Made by a program: the position numbers and the translations under genes | Source: a virus | DNA: 64,000 bases | Strand: one strand, 5' to 3' | Virus record (IMG/VR): IMGVR_UViG_3300025127_000009 | Location: 96,001 to 160,000 of that record | In this document: positions 17,305-25,253 of the stretch, one piece after another | Layout: the number at the start of each line of letters is the position of its first letter | How positions within the stretch are numbered: the first letter of the stretch is position 1 | The notes under the pieces: generated by a model | Database searches by the model: none | What the model was told of the DNA's origin: nothing | What the model saw: the letters and a program-made list of their open reading frames with translations, nothing else

Positions 17305-18568
17305 CTACTGCAATAACCTTTTCACTAGTGTTAAAGTACGGTTGCCTGTAACCATCGGCATCTGTCAACCACATACGCTGACACTTGCTAGGCTTTGGCT
17401 TTGGAGCGTACATATCTGTCAAGATGATGTGGCCATCAAAGTCACCGCGCTGGTTAACATACTCAGTAGGAGCATTGAAACACGTACCGCCACTGAGAAC
17501 TCGCTCATATTTTCTCTTGTCCCCTTTCTTCCATACATAAATCTTACTCTCATCTACTTTTGTATCGAATGGAACGACTGTAAACTCTGCTAATTCAGCC
17601 AGTTTGTTCAATTCGGAAAAGAACATTGCTAACATCTCGTTACTTACAGATCCTGACTGATCAATTGATACCGCAATCTTGGCAACCCGCGCTTGTTTAC
17701 GGCCCGGATGTACGTATGGAAACCTCCTGTTAATCCTCTTGATAGAACTAGACTTGTTGGCACGTTGTGATGTCTTAACAAAATATCTTAAAACCTTCCT
17801 CCAGTCAATGACTGTCTTGATAGAATCCATAATTTTCTGGCGAGTAGACTGTGATACTGAACCCCACCCATTACTGGACGCGGCTTCCTGTGCTGCGTTT
17901 TTTACAATATCTTTTATACGTTCAGAAGCAATATCCTTTATCTCTTGCGGGCATTTACCCCACCCGCTATGATCATCTAAAGATTCCGGTGCAGGAGTAC
18001 CGCTAGAAGCGCCAGAATCGCCGTCTCCGGGGTTTTCTCCACTAGACCCACCATCGGACCCGTCTCCGCTACTACCTTGCCCAGAATCGCCGTCATTTCC
18101 AGATTGTGTAATGGCCTCTGGCAAGTTAGCAAGATACCATTCAGCGGACATACCTTTAGGCAAATCCTCAAACTGATCTTTACCCGGAATGAGACCACCC
18201 TCGGGCAGATTATCAATGTGGCTATTAATTGCTAAATCAGTAGCAATATTCCAATGTTGCATAGGCACGTTATCAGGCATACGGTCAGTAACATGCTTAA
18301 AAATAATATGGTAGAACTCATGCTTAAGCACTGCCAAGCGTTCTTTGCTGGTTAGAGCCTTAAAGAACTCAGGGTTGTACAACATCTCAAACTGTGCTGA
18401 ATCAGGGTTAACCATAACACCGGCAGTAGGCACCGAAAACGATGCACGCTTATCAATGCGCCGCGATATAGATGCAAAAAATGGCTCTTCTAAAAGCAAT
18501 TTTGCAGTGTGCATATTGAGATCAAAGGTCTGCTCATCCATAACTGTAGTCTCTTGTTGCGTTGTCAT
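17291..18568 (-). CDS. Metallopeptidase-like (HExxH) plus vWA domain protein, MoxR partner
   Basis: 'VLKHEFYH', G/S/D-rich linker, MIDAS 'IDQSGS', 'GGT.F'. Confidence 0.85.
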   Translation of the reverse strand: MTTQQETTVMDEQTFDLNMHTAKLLLEEPFFASISRRIDKRASFSVPTAGVMVNPDSAQFEMLYNPEFFKALTSKERLAVLKHEFYHIIFKHVTDRMPDNVPMQHWNIATDLAINSHIDNLPEGGLIPGKDQFEDLPKGMSAEWYLANLPEAITQSGNDGDSGQGSSGDGSDGGSSGENPGDGDSGASSGTPAPESLDDHSGWGKCPQEIKDIASERIKDIVKNAAQEAASSNGWGSVSQSTRQKIMDSIKTVIDWRKVLRYFVKTSQRANKSSSIKRINRRFPYVHPGRKQARVAKIAVSIDQSGSVSNEMLAMFFSELNKLAELAEFTVVPFDTKVDESKIYVWKKGDKRKYERVLSGGTCFNAPTEYVNQRGDFDGHIILTDMYAPKPKPSKCQRMWLTDADGYRQPYFNTSEKVIAVDGKG

Positions 18569-18574
18569 GATTGC

Positions 18575-18603
18575 ACTATAACCCTATCCAGAACAAATGT
18601 CAA
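18575..18603 (-). promoter_or_regulatory. Promoter TTGACA-17-TATAGT, 6 nt before the ATG (leaderless candidate)
   Basis: -35 overlaps the MoxR stop; no RBS before the vWA ATG. Confidence 0.7.
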
Positions 18604-19676
18604 TTATTTTCTACATCGCCAAGGATTTCAACCAGGAAATCCGACACTGAACGACCATCAACCGATGCCTGATGTAGACTAACAAGATTATCTCTTGCTG
18701 ATTCATCCTCCACTGAACCCATAACCGTCCACAATTTCATAGCAACCTCAGAGGGAAGCATAAAGAAATACCTTGCCACGTTATCCATTTGCTCTTGCGG
18801 CAAGACACTGTGGAAAGTCTCCGCTGATTCAAACTTGGCCACCATAGCAGTATGCTCATTGATACCAAAGTCTGCTAACTTAGAGAAGTCACCCTTGATA
18901 AGAATATCCTCAATAGACACTTGCCTGTCATAGTTAGCAATAAAATCCTTGAATGCTACCGCAGCCTCAAAACCAACAAAAGCACTGGTTAACTGAAACA
19001 ATAGAGCACCATCCTTGCTCTCATAAGCATTGGCATGCTGTAAACACTCGTCTAAACGCTCCCAAGAACGACGGGAAGGATAGACCTTGTTTGGCTCATA
19101 GTCATCGCTATGCTCAAGATGATTGTGGTTATGATTAATAAAATCCCACACTTCCGAGGACAAGCCGGTATCCTTGGCCCAGTTAAGCCAATCATCTACC
19201 GATGGTTCAATATCAAACACAGTCCACCTGTCAAGTTCAGCGGGATCCATCTCGCCTACCTGGTATTGGGCACCGTGCTCGCCACCATTAACAGCAGCAA
19301 ATACAAGGGTGTCATCATGTAGACAGTGGCCATTCAGTTTTCGACTATCTGTCAACTCAAAAATACCCTGACGCACCTCAACTGTGGCACGGTCTACCTC
19401 ATCCAAGAATAGAACAACTGGCTCATCACATGCACGCTTAAACCAATCCGGTGGATTAAAGGAAGTACTATTCCCATTGATAACAGGTAGACCAACAAGG
19501 TCACCTTCGGTCATCTGAGATGCGCGGCGTTCTACCACAGGCAACCCAATGTGGTCAGCATACTGATATACAACGGTAGACTTACCAATACCGTGACGGC
19601 CACGTAAGAGAACTGGCTTGCGAACACCTGTAACGTAACCGACGACGCTACCAAAAGTCTTGAAGTCAACTGCCAT
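18600..19676 (-). CDS. MoxR-type AAA+ ATPase
   Basis: Walker A 'GRHGIGKS', Walker B 'LFLDEVDR', 'AAVN', 'MDPAELDRW', 'PSRRSW'. Confidence 0.9.
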   Translation of the reverse strand: MAVDFKTFGSVVGYVTGVRKPVLLRGRHGIGKSTVVYQYADHIGLPVVERRASQMTEGDLVGLPVINGNSTSFNPPDWFKRACDEPVVLFLDEVDRATVEVRQGIFELTDSRKLNGHCLHDDTLVFAAVNGGEHGAQYQVGEMDPAELDRWTVFDIEPSVDDWLNWAKDTGLSSEVWDFINHNHNHLEHSDDYEPNKVYPSRRSWERLDECLQHANAYESKDGALLFQLTSAFVGFEAAVAFKDFIANYDRQVSIEDILIKGDFSKLADFGINEHTAMVAKFESAETFHSVLPQEQMDNVARYFFMLPSEVAMKLWTVMGSVEDESARDNLVSLHQASVDGRSVSDFLVEILGDVENN

Positions 19677-19727
19677 GATGATTTACTCCTAATGAAAAGC
19701 AGTTAGTTTTTCGTTCTATCTTTTTTA

Positions 19728-19756
19728 ATTATGCACAAACGATTTACATATTGCAA
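19728..19756 (-). promoter_or_regulatory. sigma70-like promoter TTGCAA-17-CATAAT
   Basis: Read directly; upstream of MoxR. Confidence 0.65.
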
Positions 19757-19783
19757 ACAAAAAATGAAAAATCGTAAAAACAA

Positions 19784-19802
19784 AATAAATTCAATTACTT
19801 AG
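19784..19802 (-). repeat. 19-bp upstream box, copy 6
   Basis: aataaattcaattacttag; 27 nt upstream of -35; contains stop of 19799-19978. Confidence 0.75.
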
Positions 19803-19978
19803 CGACTACAACTTTTACAGACATAGCCACCCCACTCTGGCCGTTTAGCATTGGGGAAGTATTCATGGCAATAGAGACAATCCATACCGTAATTATTATC
19901 ACCGTTATGGTATCCCGTATCCCTATCGAACTGGAGACGGTTAGCCCTTGCAACAAATCGTACTCTAGCCTTACCCAT
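19799..19978 (-). CDS. 59-aa zinc-ribbon protein (not in ORF track)
   Basis: Hand-translated MGKARVRF..CLYC..CKSCSR; start coupled to the upstream stop. Confidence 0.65.
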   Translation of the reverse strand: MGKARVRFVARANRLQFDRDTGYHNGDNNYGMDCLYCHEYFPNAKRPEWGGYVCKSCSR

Positions 19979-20271
19979 TAGTCGTCATCCTCTTCTGGCA
20001 TTAATGGTAACAATCCAGCCTTTTCTAACTCCTGCATGTACTCATCAACTGACAAGCCATACTCACTAGCATTATCTGTCATCGCTTGCAGGAAGTCAAG
20101 AATTATTTTTCTAACCGCGTATTCTTTGTTGTCCTCGTCATCTTCAGGGCCACTATCTTTTAAAAGGTTTAATATGCGTTGCCATTCCCAGTTCTTGTGT
20201 TTGCCATTCTCACTCTTATTAACAAAGTCTGTTATTGAGGTAACATTATCCTTGTCGTCATCATCTTTCAT
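19978..20271 (-). CDS. Acidic hypothetical protein
   Basis: GGAGG RBS; coupled stop/start. Confidence 0.55.
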   Translation of the reverse strand: MKDDDDKDNVTSITDFVNKSENGKHKNWEWQRILNLLKDSGPEDDEDNKEYAVRKIILDFLQAMTDNASEYGLSVDEYMQELEKAGLLPLMPEEDDD

Positions 20272-20471
20272 TATTTACCTACACCTTTGGCCATATCAAC
20301 TGAAACAACATACTGATAAGCACCTTTATTATATGCTGGCGCTGTACACTTAGCCTTGCGGGCTGTCTCTACGCGAGCATTAGCAGCGCCGCACTCTAAG
20401 CAGGTCTTATAACCTAACGCTTTTCTTTTGGGGTTGTATTCTTCCCAGCATTCAACACAGATGGCTATCAT
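20271..20471 (-). CDS. Small zinc-finger protein
   Basis: CVEC..CLEC; 'PAYNKGAYQY'. Confidence 0.65.
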   Translation of the reverse strand: MIAICVECWEEYNPKRKALGYKTCLECGAANARVETARKAKCTAPAYNKGAYQYVVSVDMAKGVGK

Positions 20472-20475
20472 AATA

Positions 20476-20658
20476 TTATACCTTTCGCGCTTCGCTGATT
20501 ACTTCCATTTGGTTTTTAGGGTTTGAGGTAGTCATAACTTTTGGCCTGAACCATCTCACCACTCTCACCTCTTCCGTGCCTGGTATTTCCCTGATCACGA
20601 CACCGTGCCAATAGTCCCAAGGCGGCGCTTTATACTTTACTAGGTCACCAACCTTCAT
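20476..20658 (-). CDS. MKxGDLV mini-protein
   Basis: Start MKVGDLVKY; ends EVISEAR. Confidence 0.7.
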   Translation of the reverse strand: MKVGDLVKYKAPPWDYWHGVVIREIPGTEEVRVVRWFRPKVMTTSNPKNQMEVISEARKV

Positions 20659-20689
20659 TTGTTTTCCTCTGCAATCTTTGTATATTTGT

Positions 20690-20718
20690 ATTAAACCAAA
20701 ACAAAAAACAAAATGCAA
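20690..20718 (-). promoter_or_regulatory. sigma70-like promoter TTGCAT-17-TTTAAT
   Basis: Read directly. Confidence 0.5.
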
Positions 20719-20735
20719 GAAAAATTTATTTATTT

Positions 20736-20754
20736 AATAAATTCAAGAACTTAG
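20736..20754 (-). repeat. 19-bp upstream box, copy 7
   Basis: aataaattcaagaacttag; 17 nt upstream of -35; contains stop of 20743-20937. Confidence 0.75.
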
Positions 20755-20937
20755 CACTTCTTTGATAGCAAAGGTTGAGAACACTAAACCCTCACGATGC
20801 CAATCCGGAGCCTTATCCACCCATCGCACCTTTACACCATCAACTGGTGAATTGGGATGATCAGGATACATGTACTTAACATAAGTAACAATGCCCCTCT
20901 CGCCCTTGTTGGTCTCAATTAAATCACCGATTTTCAT
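20743..20937 (-). CDS. MKxGDLV mini-protein
   Basis: MKIGDLIE. Confidence 0.7.
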   Translation of the reverse strand: MKIGDLIETNKGERGIVTYVKYMYPDHPNSPVDGVKVRWVDKAPDWHREGLVFSTFAIKEVLSS

Positions 20938-21130
20938 CCTGCCCCCCTTTAAGTTCTCTTACACAGTCTTCTGGTAGCCACAACTTTTTGCCACTTGTAA
21001 GTAAAACCTCATAATGATACTCATCATCATCGTCGTGATACTCTATATCGTATGAAATTATTACTCCAGTAGAAGAGGCCCACTCACCTAGATCATACCA
21101 TTCTGCGTCAACTAAATCACCGATTTTCAT
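20924..21130 (-). CDS. MKxGDLV mini-protein
   Basis: MKIGDLVD. Confidence 0.7.
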   Translation of the reverse strand: MKIGDLVDAEWYDLGEWASSTGVIISYDIEYHDDDDEYHYEVLLTSGKKLWLPEDCVRELKGGQDENR

Positions 21131-21294
21131 GCCAACACCTCAAATTCATAACCCCACCATTTTTCTTTCTTTCCGCTACCAGCAACCATAACACACCAAA
21201 GGTTAGTTTGACCGTAGGCATTACCGTGGGCATTTCCTGTTATTATCCCCACCTCGCGTCTCATAACGTGTTCAACCAAATCACCGACGTTCAC
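21127..21294 (-). CDS. MKxGDLV mini-protein, 55 aa (not in ORF track)
   Basis: GTG start, MNVGDLVEH..FEVLA; ATGA-coupled. Confidence 0.65.
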   Translation of the reverse strand: MNVGDLVEHVMRREVGIITGNAHGNAYGQTNLWCVMVAGSGKKEKWWGYEFEVLA

Positions 21295-21460
21295 TGATAA
21301 CCTCCAGTAAACTAGTCTCTACAGGCATTGATGAATAATCATAAAGCAATACATAGCCTTGTAGTGGTGCAGATTTTCTAACAATATGTATTTTTCTAGT
21401 TTTCTCTTGGGTTCTGTTAAAAGGATTCGGTCTAAATCTTACTAAATCACCGGCTTTCAC
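21281..21460 (-). CDS. MKxGDLV mini-protein
   Basis: GTG start VKAGDLVRF within the junction repeat. Confidence 0.7.
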   Translation of the reverse strand: MKAGDLVRFRPNPFNRTQEKTRKIHIVRKSAPLQGYVLLYDYSSMPVETSLLEVISERR

Positions 21461-21647
21461 TGATAACCTCCACTGTATCTTGTGTACACCAGAATACACC
21501 GTAGTTAAACCAATTTACTTTTATTGGGTCTGGCTTGTCTAATTGAGTGTACGGCATTACATCTACCACAATACCGTGTACGTTGTCAAGATAAGGTACG
21601 CCAAACTTGTTGTGTTTTTTTACTAGTGTTCCGACCTTGATTTTCAT
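21447..21647 (-). CDS. MKxGDLV mini-protein
   Basis: MKIKVGTLV; ends EVISESR. Confidence 0.7.
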   Translation of the reverse strand: MKIKVGTLVKKHNKFGVPYLDNVHGIVVDVMPYTQLDKPDPIKVNWFNYGVFWCTQDTVEVISESR

Positions 21648-21892
21648 GGCAAACTCTCAATTTCTACTGTTGAATCCCAAGTTACATCGCCGTTCTGCCA
21701 AAGTATTTTATGTCTAACTGGCCTCGATTCCTTTTCACCGTGCGGTTTCATCCACTGTGAATCTAGTATGATTCCAAATGTTCTACTTTTCCATAATCTA
21801 TCAGTTCCACAAAATATATCATACTGACGAGAGGACTCGCTCCACTGCACAGAATCACCTTTCTTTGGGTGATGTGAAATTGAATCAGTCAT
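21644..21892 (-). CDS. KOW-like mini-protein
   Basis: 'KKGDSVQW..FGIIL..KILWQNG'. Confidence 0.6.
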   Translation of the reverse strand: MTDSISHHPKKGDSVQWSESSRQYDIFCGTDRLWKSRTFGIILDSQWMKPHGEKESRPVRHKILWQNGDVTWDSTVEIESLP

Positions 21893-22078
21893 CTTTGTTC
21901 TTCTTCATTTTTGAAGTGAACCTACCGTAGTTACCCATGCCATCGTAGTCCATCGTATCCTGGTTTGGCTCATCTCGCTTTTTTTCTTTTTGAATGTTAT
22001 CACCTGATTTAAAAAAAGTCAAGCCTTTAATTAGTGATGTCCAAAAATCAATCATTAACTTCCCTCGCTATTTTTTAA

Positions 22079-22107
22079 ATCATACTAAACAAAATTTTGA
22101 AAGTCAA
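22079..22107 (-). promoter_or_regulatory. sigma70-like promoter TTGACT-17-TATGAT
   Basis: Near-identical promoter at 27599-27627. Confidence 0.6.
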
Positions 22108-22349
22108 CATTTTTTTAAATTTTGTTTAGTCGCCAGGACTATATCCTTGTCATCAGCGGGCCACCAATTAGCGTTATTAACCGCCGCTGTCCAACTGCCA
22201 AAGTCTTTAACATCGTCAAGCCATACTATCAAGAACTCTTCAATATTACCATCGGCCCACTGTTCTCTTGATTTGGTCACCAGGCCCATTGCACCCGTGC
22301 CACAATAGTGATCATGAGGCTTGTATATCACTAGATCGCCTACCTTCAC
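22104..22349 (-). CDS. MKxGDLV mini-protein
   Basis: GTG start in the junction repeat. Confidence 0.7.
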   Translation of the reverse strand: MKVGDLVIYKPHDHYCGTGAMGLVTKSREQWADGNIEEFLIVWLDDVKDFGSWTAAVNNANWWPADDKDIVLATKQNLKKC

Positions 22350-22542
22350 TGATAACCTCCAGTTTATCTTCTTCGTGCCACATTACACTAGAGTGAACTG
22401 TATTCCACCTTACGCGAACGTTTCTATGGTTGTCAGGGCCGTGAAGGGGACTAAACTCTAAGACTATGCCAACGTATTGATTATGTACACGGTCTGATAT
22501 ATACCTGCTCTTCTTGTACGCTATCAGGTCACCGACTTTCAC
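22312..22542 (-). CDS. MKxGDLV mini-protein
   Basis: GTG start VKVGDLIAY; contains EVISEGR near the C-terminus. Confidence 0.7.
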   Translation of the reverse strand: MKVGDLIAYKKSRYISDRVHNQYVGIVLEFSPLHGPDNHRNVRVRWNTVHSSVMWHEEDKLEVISEGRRSSDIQAS

Positions 22543-22732
22543 TGATAACCTCAAACTCGCTTGGCTTATGTAGTTCGGGCTTGCGACCAGGATAAGCCAC
22601 TTTTATCAATCTTCCTGTGCCTAATATGCCGCCTGAATCTGCATCTGTACTTAAGCAAATTGCTACGGCTCTTTTTTGTTGGTGCAACTGTAACATGCCC
22701 CAGCGCTTTACTACTAAATCACCTTTTTTCAT
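22529..22732 (-). CDS. MKxGDLV mini-protein
   Basis: MKKGDLVV; ends EVISESR. Confidence 0.7.
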   Translation of the reverse strand: MKKGDLVVKRWGMLQLHQQKRAVAICLSTDADSGGILGTGRLIKVAYPGRKPELHKPSEFEVISESR

Positions 22733-22842
22733 CTCTTAAACTCCCAATACGCTACTGATAACGCTATCAACATTAGTACACCAAGGATTACATACTCGGT
22801 GAATCCGTCTATCTGCATACTAACCATTGCGGCTTCATTCAT
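22729..22842 (-). CDS. 37-aa single-TM peptide (not in ORF track)
   Basis: MNEAAMVSMQIDGFTEYVILGVLMLIALSVAYWEFKR; GAGG RBS; ATGA-coupled. Confidence 0.6.
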   Translation of the reverse strand: MNEAAMVSMQIDGFTEYVILGVLMLIALSVAYWEFKR

Positions 22843-22945
22843 TTTTACCTCTGTATCCCCAATACAAACTACCAAAGAAGAGGAAGTCTGCTATAGCACC
22901 GTAGAGTAGCGGAGCGTCTAATATATACTGAGTTAAAGTAAACAT
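22835..22945 (-). CDS. 36-aa hydrophobic peptide (not in ORF track)
   Basis: MFTLTQYILDAPLLYGAIADFLFFGSLYWGYRGKNE. Confidence 0.5.
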   Translation of the reverse strand: MFTLTQYILDAPLLYGAIADFLFFGSLYWGYRGKNE

Positions 22946-22946
22946 T

Positions 22947-23117
22947 TTATTGTTTCATTGGATAGATATAATCAATATGTGATTCTATCTTTTTACCGTC
23001 GCGACCCAGTAATTTTATCCATTCGCTATCTTCCTTTACTGGGCCAAGCGAAAGAAACGGACCTTGAAATCCGAGCGCTTCACCATAATCTACTCTTACT
23101 AATGTTCCCGCTTTCAT
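22947..23117 (-). CDS. MKxGxLV mini-protein, 56 aa (not in ORF track)
   Basis: MKAGTLVRV; AAGGA RBS. Confidence 0.6.
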   Translation of the reverse strand: MKAGTLVRVDYGEALGFQGPFLSLGPVKEDSEWIKLLGRDGKKIESHIDYIYPMKQ

Positions 23118-23128
23118 GACTAATTCCT

Positions 23129-23704
23129 TTACGCGCTCTTTTTATTCTCTCTGTTAATCTCTACCAGTCTCTCAAACGCCCACTTTCTAATTTGATCTCT
23201 GGGATATGTAGTCATCTTAACGCAGGAATCTACACTAAGATTTGGATGATTTATAACTTCTCTCGCTATCCTGTTACCCTCATAAGAAGAATTAATTTCT
23301 TTATCATCCAATATCCAATTAGTGATATCATCAACTATATGCACCGGAGCGCGTAAACCGGCGTTACGCAAGAAACAACTGCTTAATCGCCAGCGGCCCA
23401 TATATGAACTTAGAAACTTCTTTTTATGATCAGAGTATAACTCTTCATATTTACTGATGTTATTTTCGTAGTGTCTATTAATAACCAACGTAGCCTTTAG
23501 AACATAAGATCTCTTAGTGCCGTCATTCCACAGCATTTCTTTCACGCTATCGCACAAGAATGGGTTTTCTGCTAAATACAAGTTAGCAACCTTATAGCCT
23601 TGTTCATATATCCTTACCTGCATGAACTCATCAATCCAGCGATTCTTAGCGAGATTGTTAAGTTCTGTATTGCACATGGATTCAACATAATTGGCTAGTG
23701 ACAT
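23129..23704 (-). CDS. Helical-repeat-like hypothetical protein
   Basis: 'LAENPFL', 'INHPNLS' repeats. Confidence 0.55.
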   Translation of the reverse strand: MSLANYVESMCNTELNNLAKNRWIDEFMQVRIYEQGYKVANLYLAENPFLCDSVKEMLWNDGTKRSYVLKATLVINRHYENNISKYEELYSDHKKKFLSSYMGRWRLSSCFLRNAGLRAPVHIVDDITNWILDDKEINSSYEGNRIAREVINHPNLSVDSCVKMTTYPRDQIRKWAFERLVEINRENKKSA

Positions 23705-23907
23705 TCCCTCTCCATTTCTTCCAATACTTCTAAAAGCATATCTTTCATGTCAAACGAACCGTAACCCCATCTAGGAGTTTTATACGGATCAATTCCTTCG
23801 ATCTTGTTTTTAATGATAGATGAAATTTTATCAAAAGTCAAATGTTTTTTTTCTTCGCTGGGTTCAATTTTAACTTCTGGGTGCAAACTAAACGGATCTA
23901 ACTTCAC
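23695..23907 (-). CDS. Hypothetical protein
   Basis: Coupled overlap with neighbours. Confidence 0.5.
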   Translation of the reverse strand: MKLDPFSLHPEVKIEPSEEKKHLTFDKISSIIKNKIEGIDPYKTPRWGYGSFDMKDMLLEVLEEMERECH

Positions 23908-24518
23908 TTTCGCCCCTTTACTGCTTTTATTTCCTTCTCAATAACTTCGGCAATACGACCGACTTTTATGAACTTTACCCTGTAAGGTATTGCTCCCTTA
24001 CACGCCCTTGTAATAGGGCCATAATTAACTGATGTGACAACACCAATGTCACCCTTATAATATGTATTTGGTCTTCCCTCTACCAATTGACCTACACTGT
24101 ACTTTGGCTTATTCTTGTATTCGTTTAACACCTTTACAGCGTACTTGTTGGCGCACATCTTGTCAAATTCCACCTTGGAAAGCACATGACCCTTTGGATC
24201 ATCTAATACCTTCTTGACAGTGAAACTAAAGTATCCTTCTTCCGATGCCTCGTAATATTTGGCACACTTAACAGCAACATCACGGAGGTCATCACTGTAA
24301 GAAGTACTCCAGTTTTTTGCTTCTTCAATGGCTTTGTCACTGTAAATCCCCTCTATGCTTTCCAGGTATCTTTCTTGGCCAGGTGTCAAGTATCCTCTAT
24401 CATCGTAAAAACATTTGACATCATTTAAAAAATTAAGGTGTCGTTCTTTTCTGTAATGGTTTATAATTGTATCCGCAGCAATTGCATTTTTTGTGATTTT
24501 CGAAATTCGCTCAAGCAC
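23904..24518 (-). CDS. Hypothetical protein with C-terminal KOW-like domain
   Basis: GTG start (AAGGA RBS) VLERISK; 'YSVGQLVE..DIGVV'. Confidence 0.6.
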   Translation of the reverse strand: MLERISKITKNAIAADTIINHYRKERHLNFLNDVKCFYDDRGYLTPGQERYLESIEGIYSDKAIEEAKNWSTSYSDDLRDVAVKCAKYYEASEEGYFSFTVKKVLDDPKGHVLSKVEFDKMCANKYAVKVLNEYKNKPKYSVGQLVEGRPNTYYKGDIGVVTSVNYGPITRACKGAIPYRVKFIKVGRIAEVIEKEIKAVKGRK

Positions 24519-24693
24519 TGAATTTTCCTTTCTCCATTTGTTCACATGCAATAATATCAAAAATTGTTTTTGTTTTCAACCTTTTTTTTAAAATATATGC
24601 GGCCTGTCTTTTTGAAATGGCTATTGAAACTTTGAAAACGGAATATGCTTCTTGTGATTGATCCAGTTTATAACACCAAGTTCTAAAAAGCAT
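24511..24693 (-). CDS. Small hypothetical protein
   Basis: GGAG RBS. Confidence 0.45.
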   Translation of the reverse strand: MLFRTWCYKLDQSQEAYSVFKVSIAISKRQAAYILKKRLKTKTIFDIIACEQMEKGKFSA

Positions 24694-24738
24694 GATTGTT
24701 CTCCACTAGATATCATTACTATAATTAGAGGCAAGATT

Positions 24739-24815
24739 TGGTCCACCCCCAGAGAATTGAACTCTGCTTTAGAACGCTTATAAGACGCCCCCTGACCACC
24801 AGCCAGCCGGGGTGG
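24739..24815 (-). tRNA. Atypical tRNA-Ile(UAU) with encoded CCA
   Basis: Acceptor CCACCCC/GGGGTGG-A-CCA; anticodon loop CTTATAA; good T-arm; G at position 8 and GU-rich anticodon stem. Confidence 0.65.
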
Positions 24816-24821
24816 ATAAAG

Positions 24822-24894
24822 AGCCCGCGATAGGACTTGAACCTACAACTTATTGATTACAAATCAATTACTCTACCAATTGAGTTACACGGGC
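24822..24894 (-). tRNA. tRNA-Thr(UGU)
   Basis: Canonical cloverleaf; loop TTTGTAA. Confidence 0.95.
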
Positions 24895-24927
24895 AGAACC
24901 CCTTAGAAAAACTAAGGGGCATTGACC

Positions 24928-25017
24928 TTACTTGCCCTTTGGTGGGTTATTGTCACGACCGCCGCCGCTTGGGTTTCCAGTTGTTGATGGCCAACCACCG
25001 TTGTTACCACTAGACAT
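24928..25017 (-). CDS. 29-aa G/N/P-rich micropeptide MSSGNNGGWPSTTGNPSGGGRDNNPPKGK
   Basis: Strong AAAGGAGGTGA RBS; followed by an 8-bp hairpin at 24899-24919. Confidence 0.65.
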   Translation of the reverse strand: MSSGNNGGWPSTTGNPSGGGRDNNPPKGK

Positions 25018-25062
25018 ACAGCATCACCTCCTTTCATTAATTAATTTCACACTCACAAACAG

Positions 25063-25145
25063 TAGGGACGGAGGGACTTGAACCCACACGGCCAATAGCC
25101 GGGAGATTTTAAGTCTCCTGCGTCTACCTATTCCGCCACGTCCCC
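25063..25145 (-). tRNA. tRNA-Leu(UAA)
   Basis: Long variable arm; loop CTTAAAA. Confidence 0.95.
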
Positions 25146-25253
25146 GTTTGATCTTTTTTCAACTTGATCGTGCCTAATCTTAGTATATAAAATAAAACTT
25201 GTCAAGCCAAAAACAAGAAAAAAAGTATAAATAAATTCTATAAAATTCATACT

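Noticed and set aside
24511-24560. Apparent 50-nt overlap or frameshift between ORFs 24511-24693 and 23904-24560
   Set aside because: Resolved by a GTG start at 24518 with an AAGGA RBS
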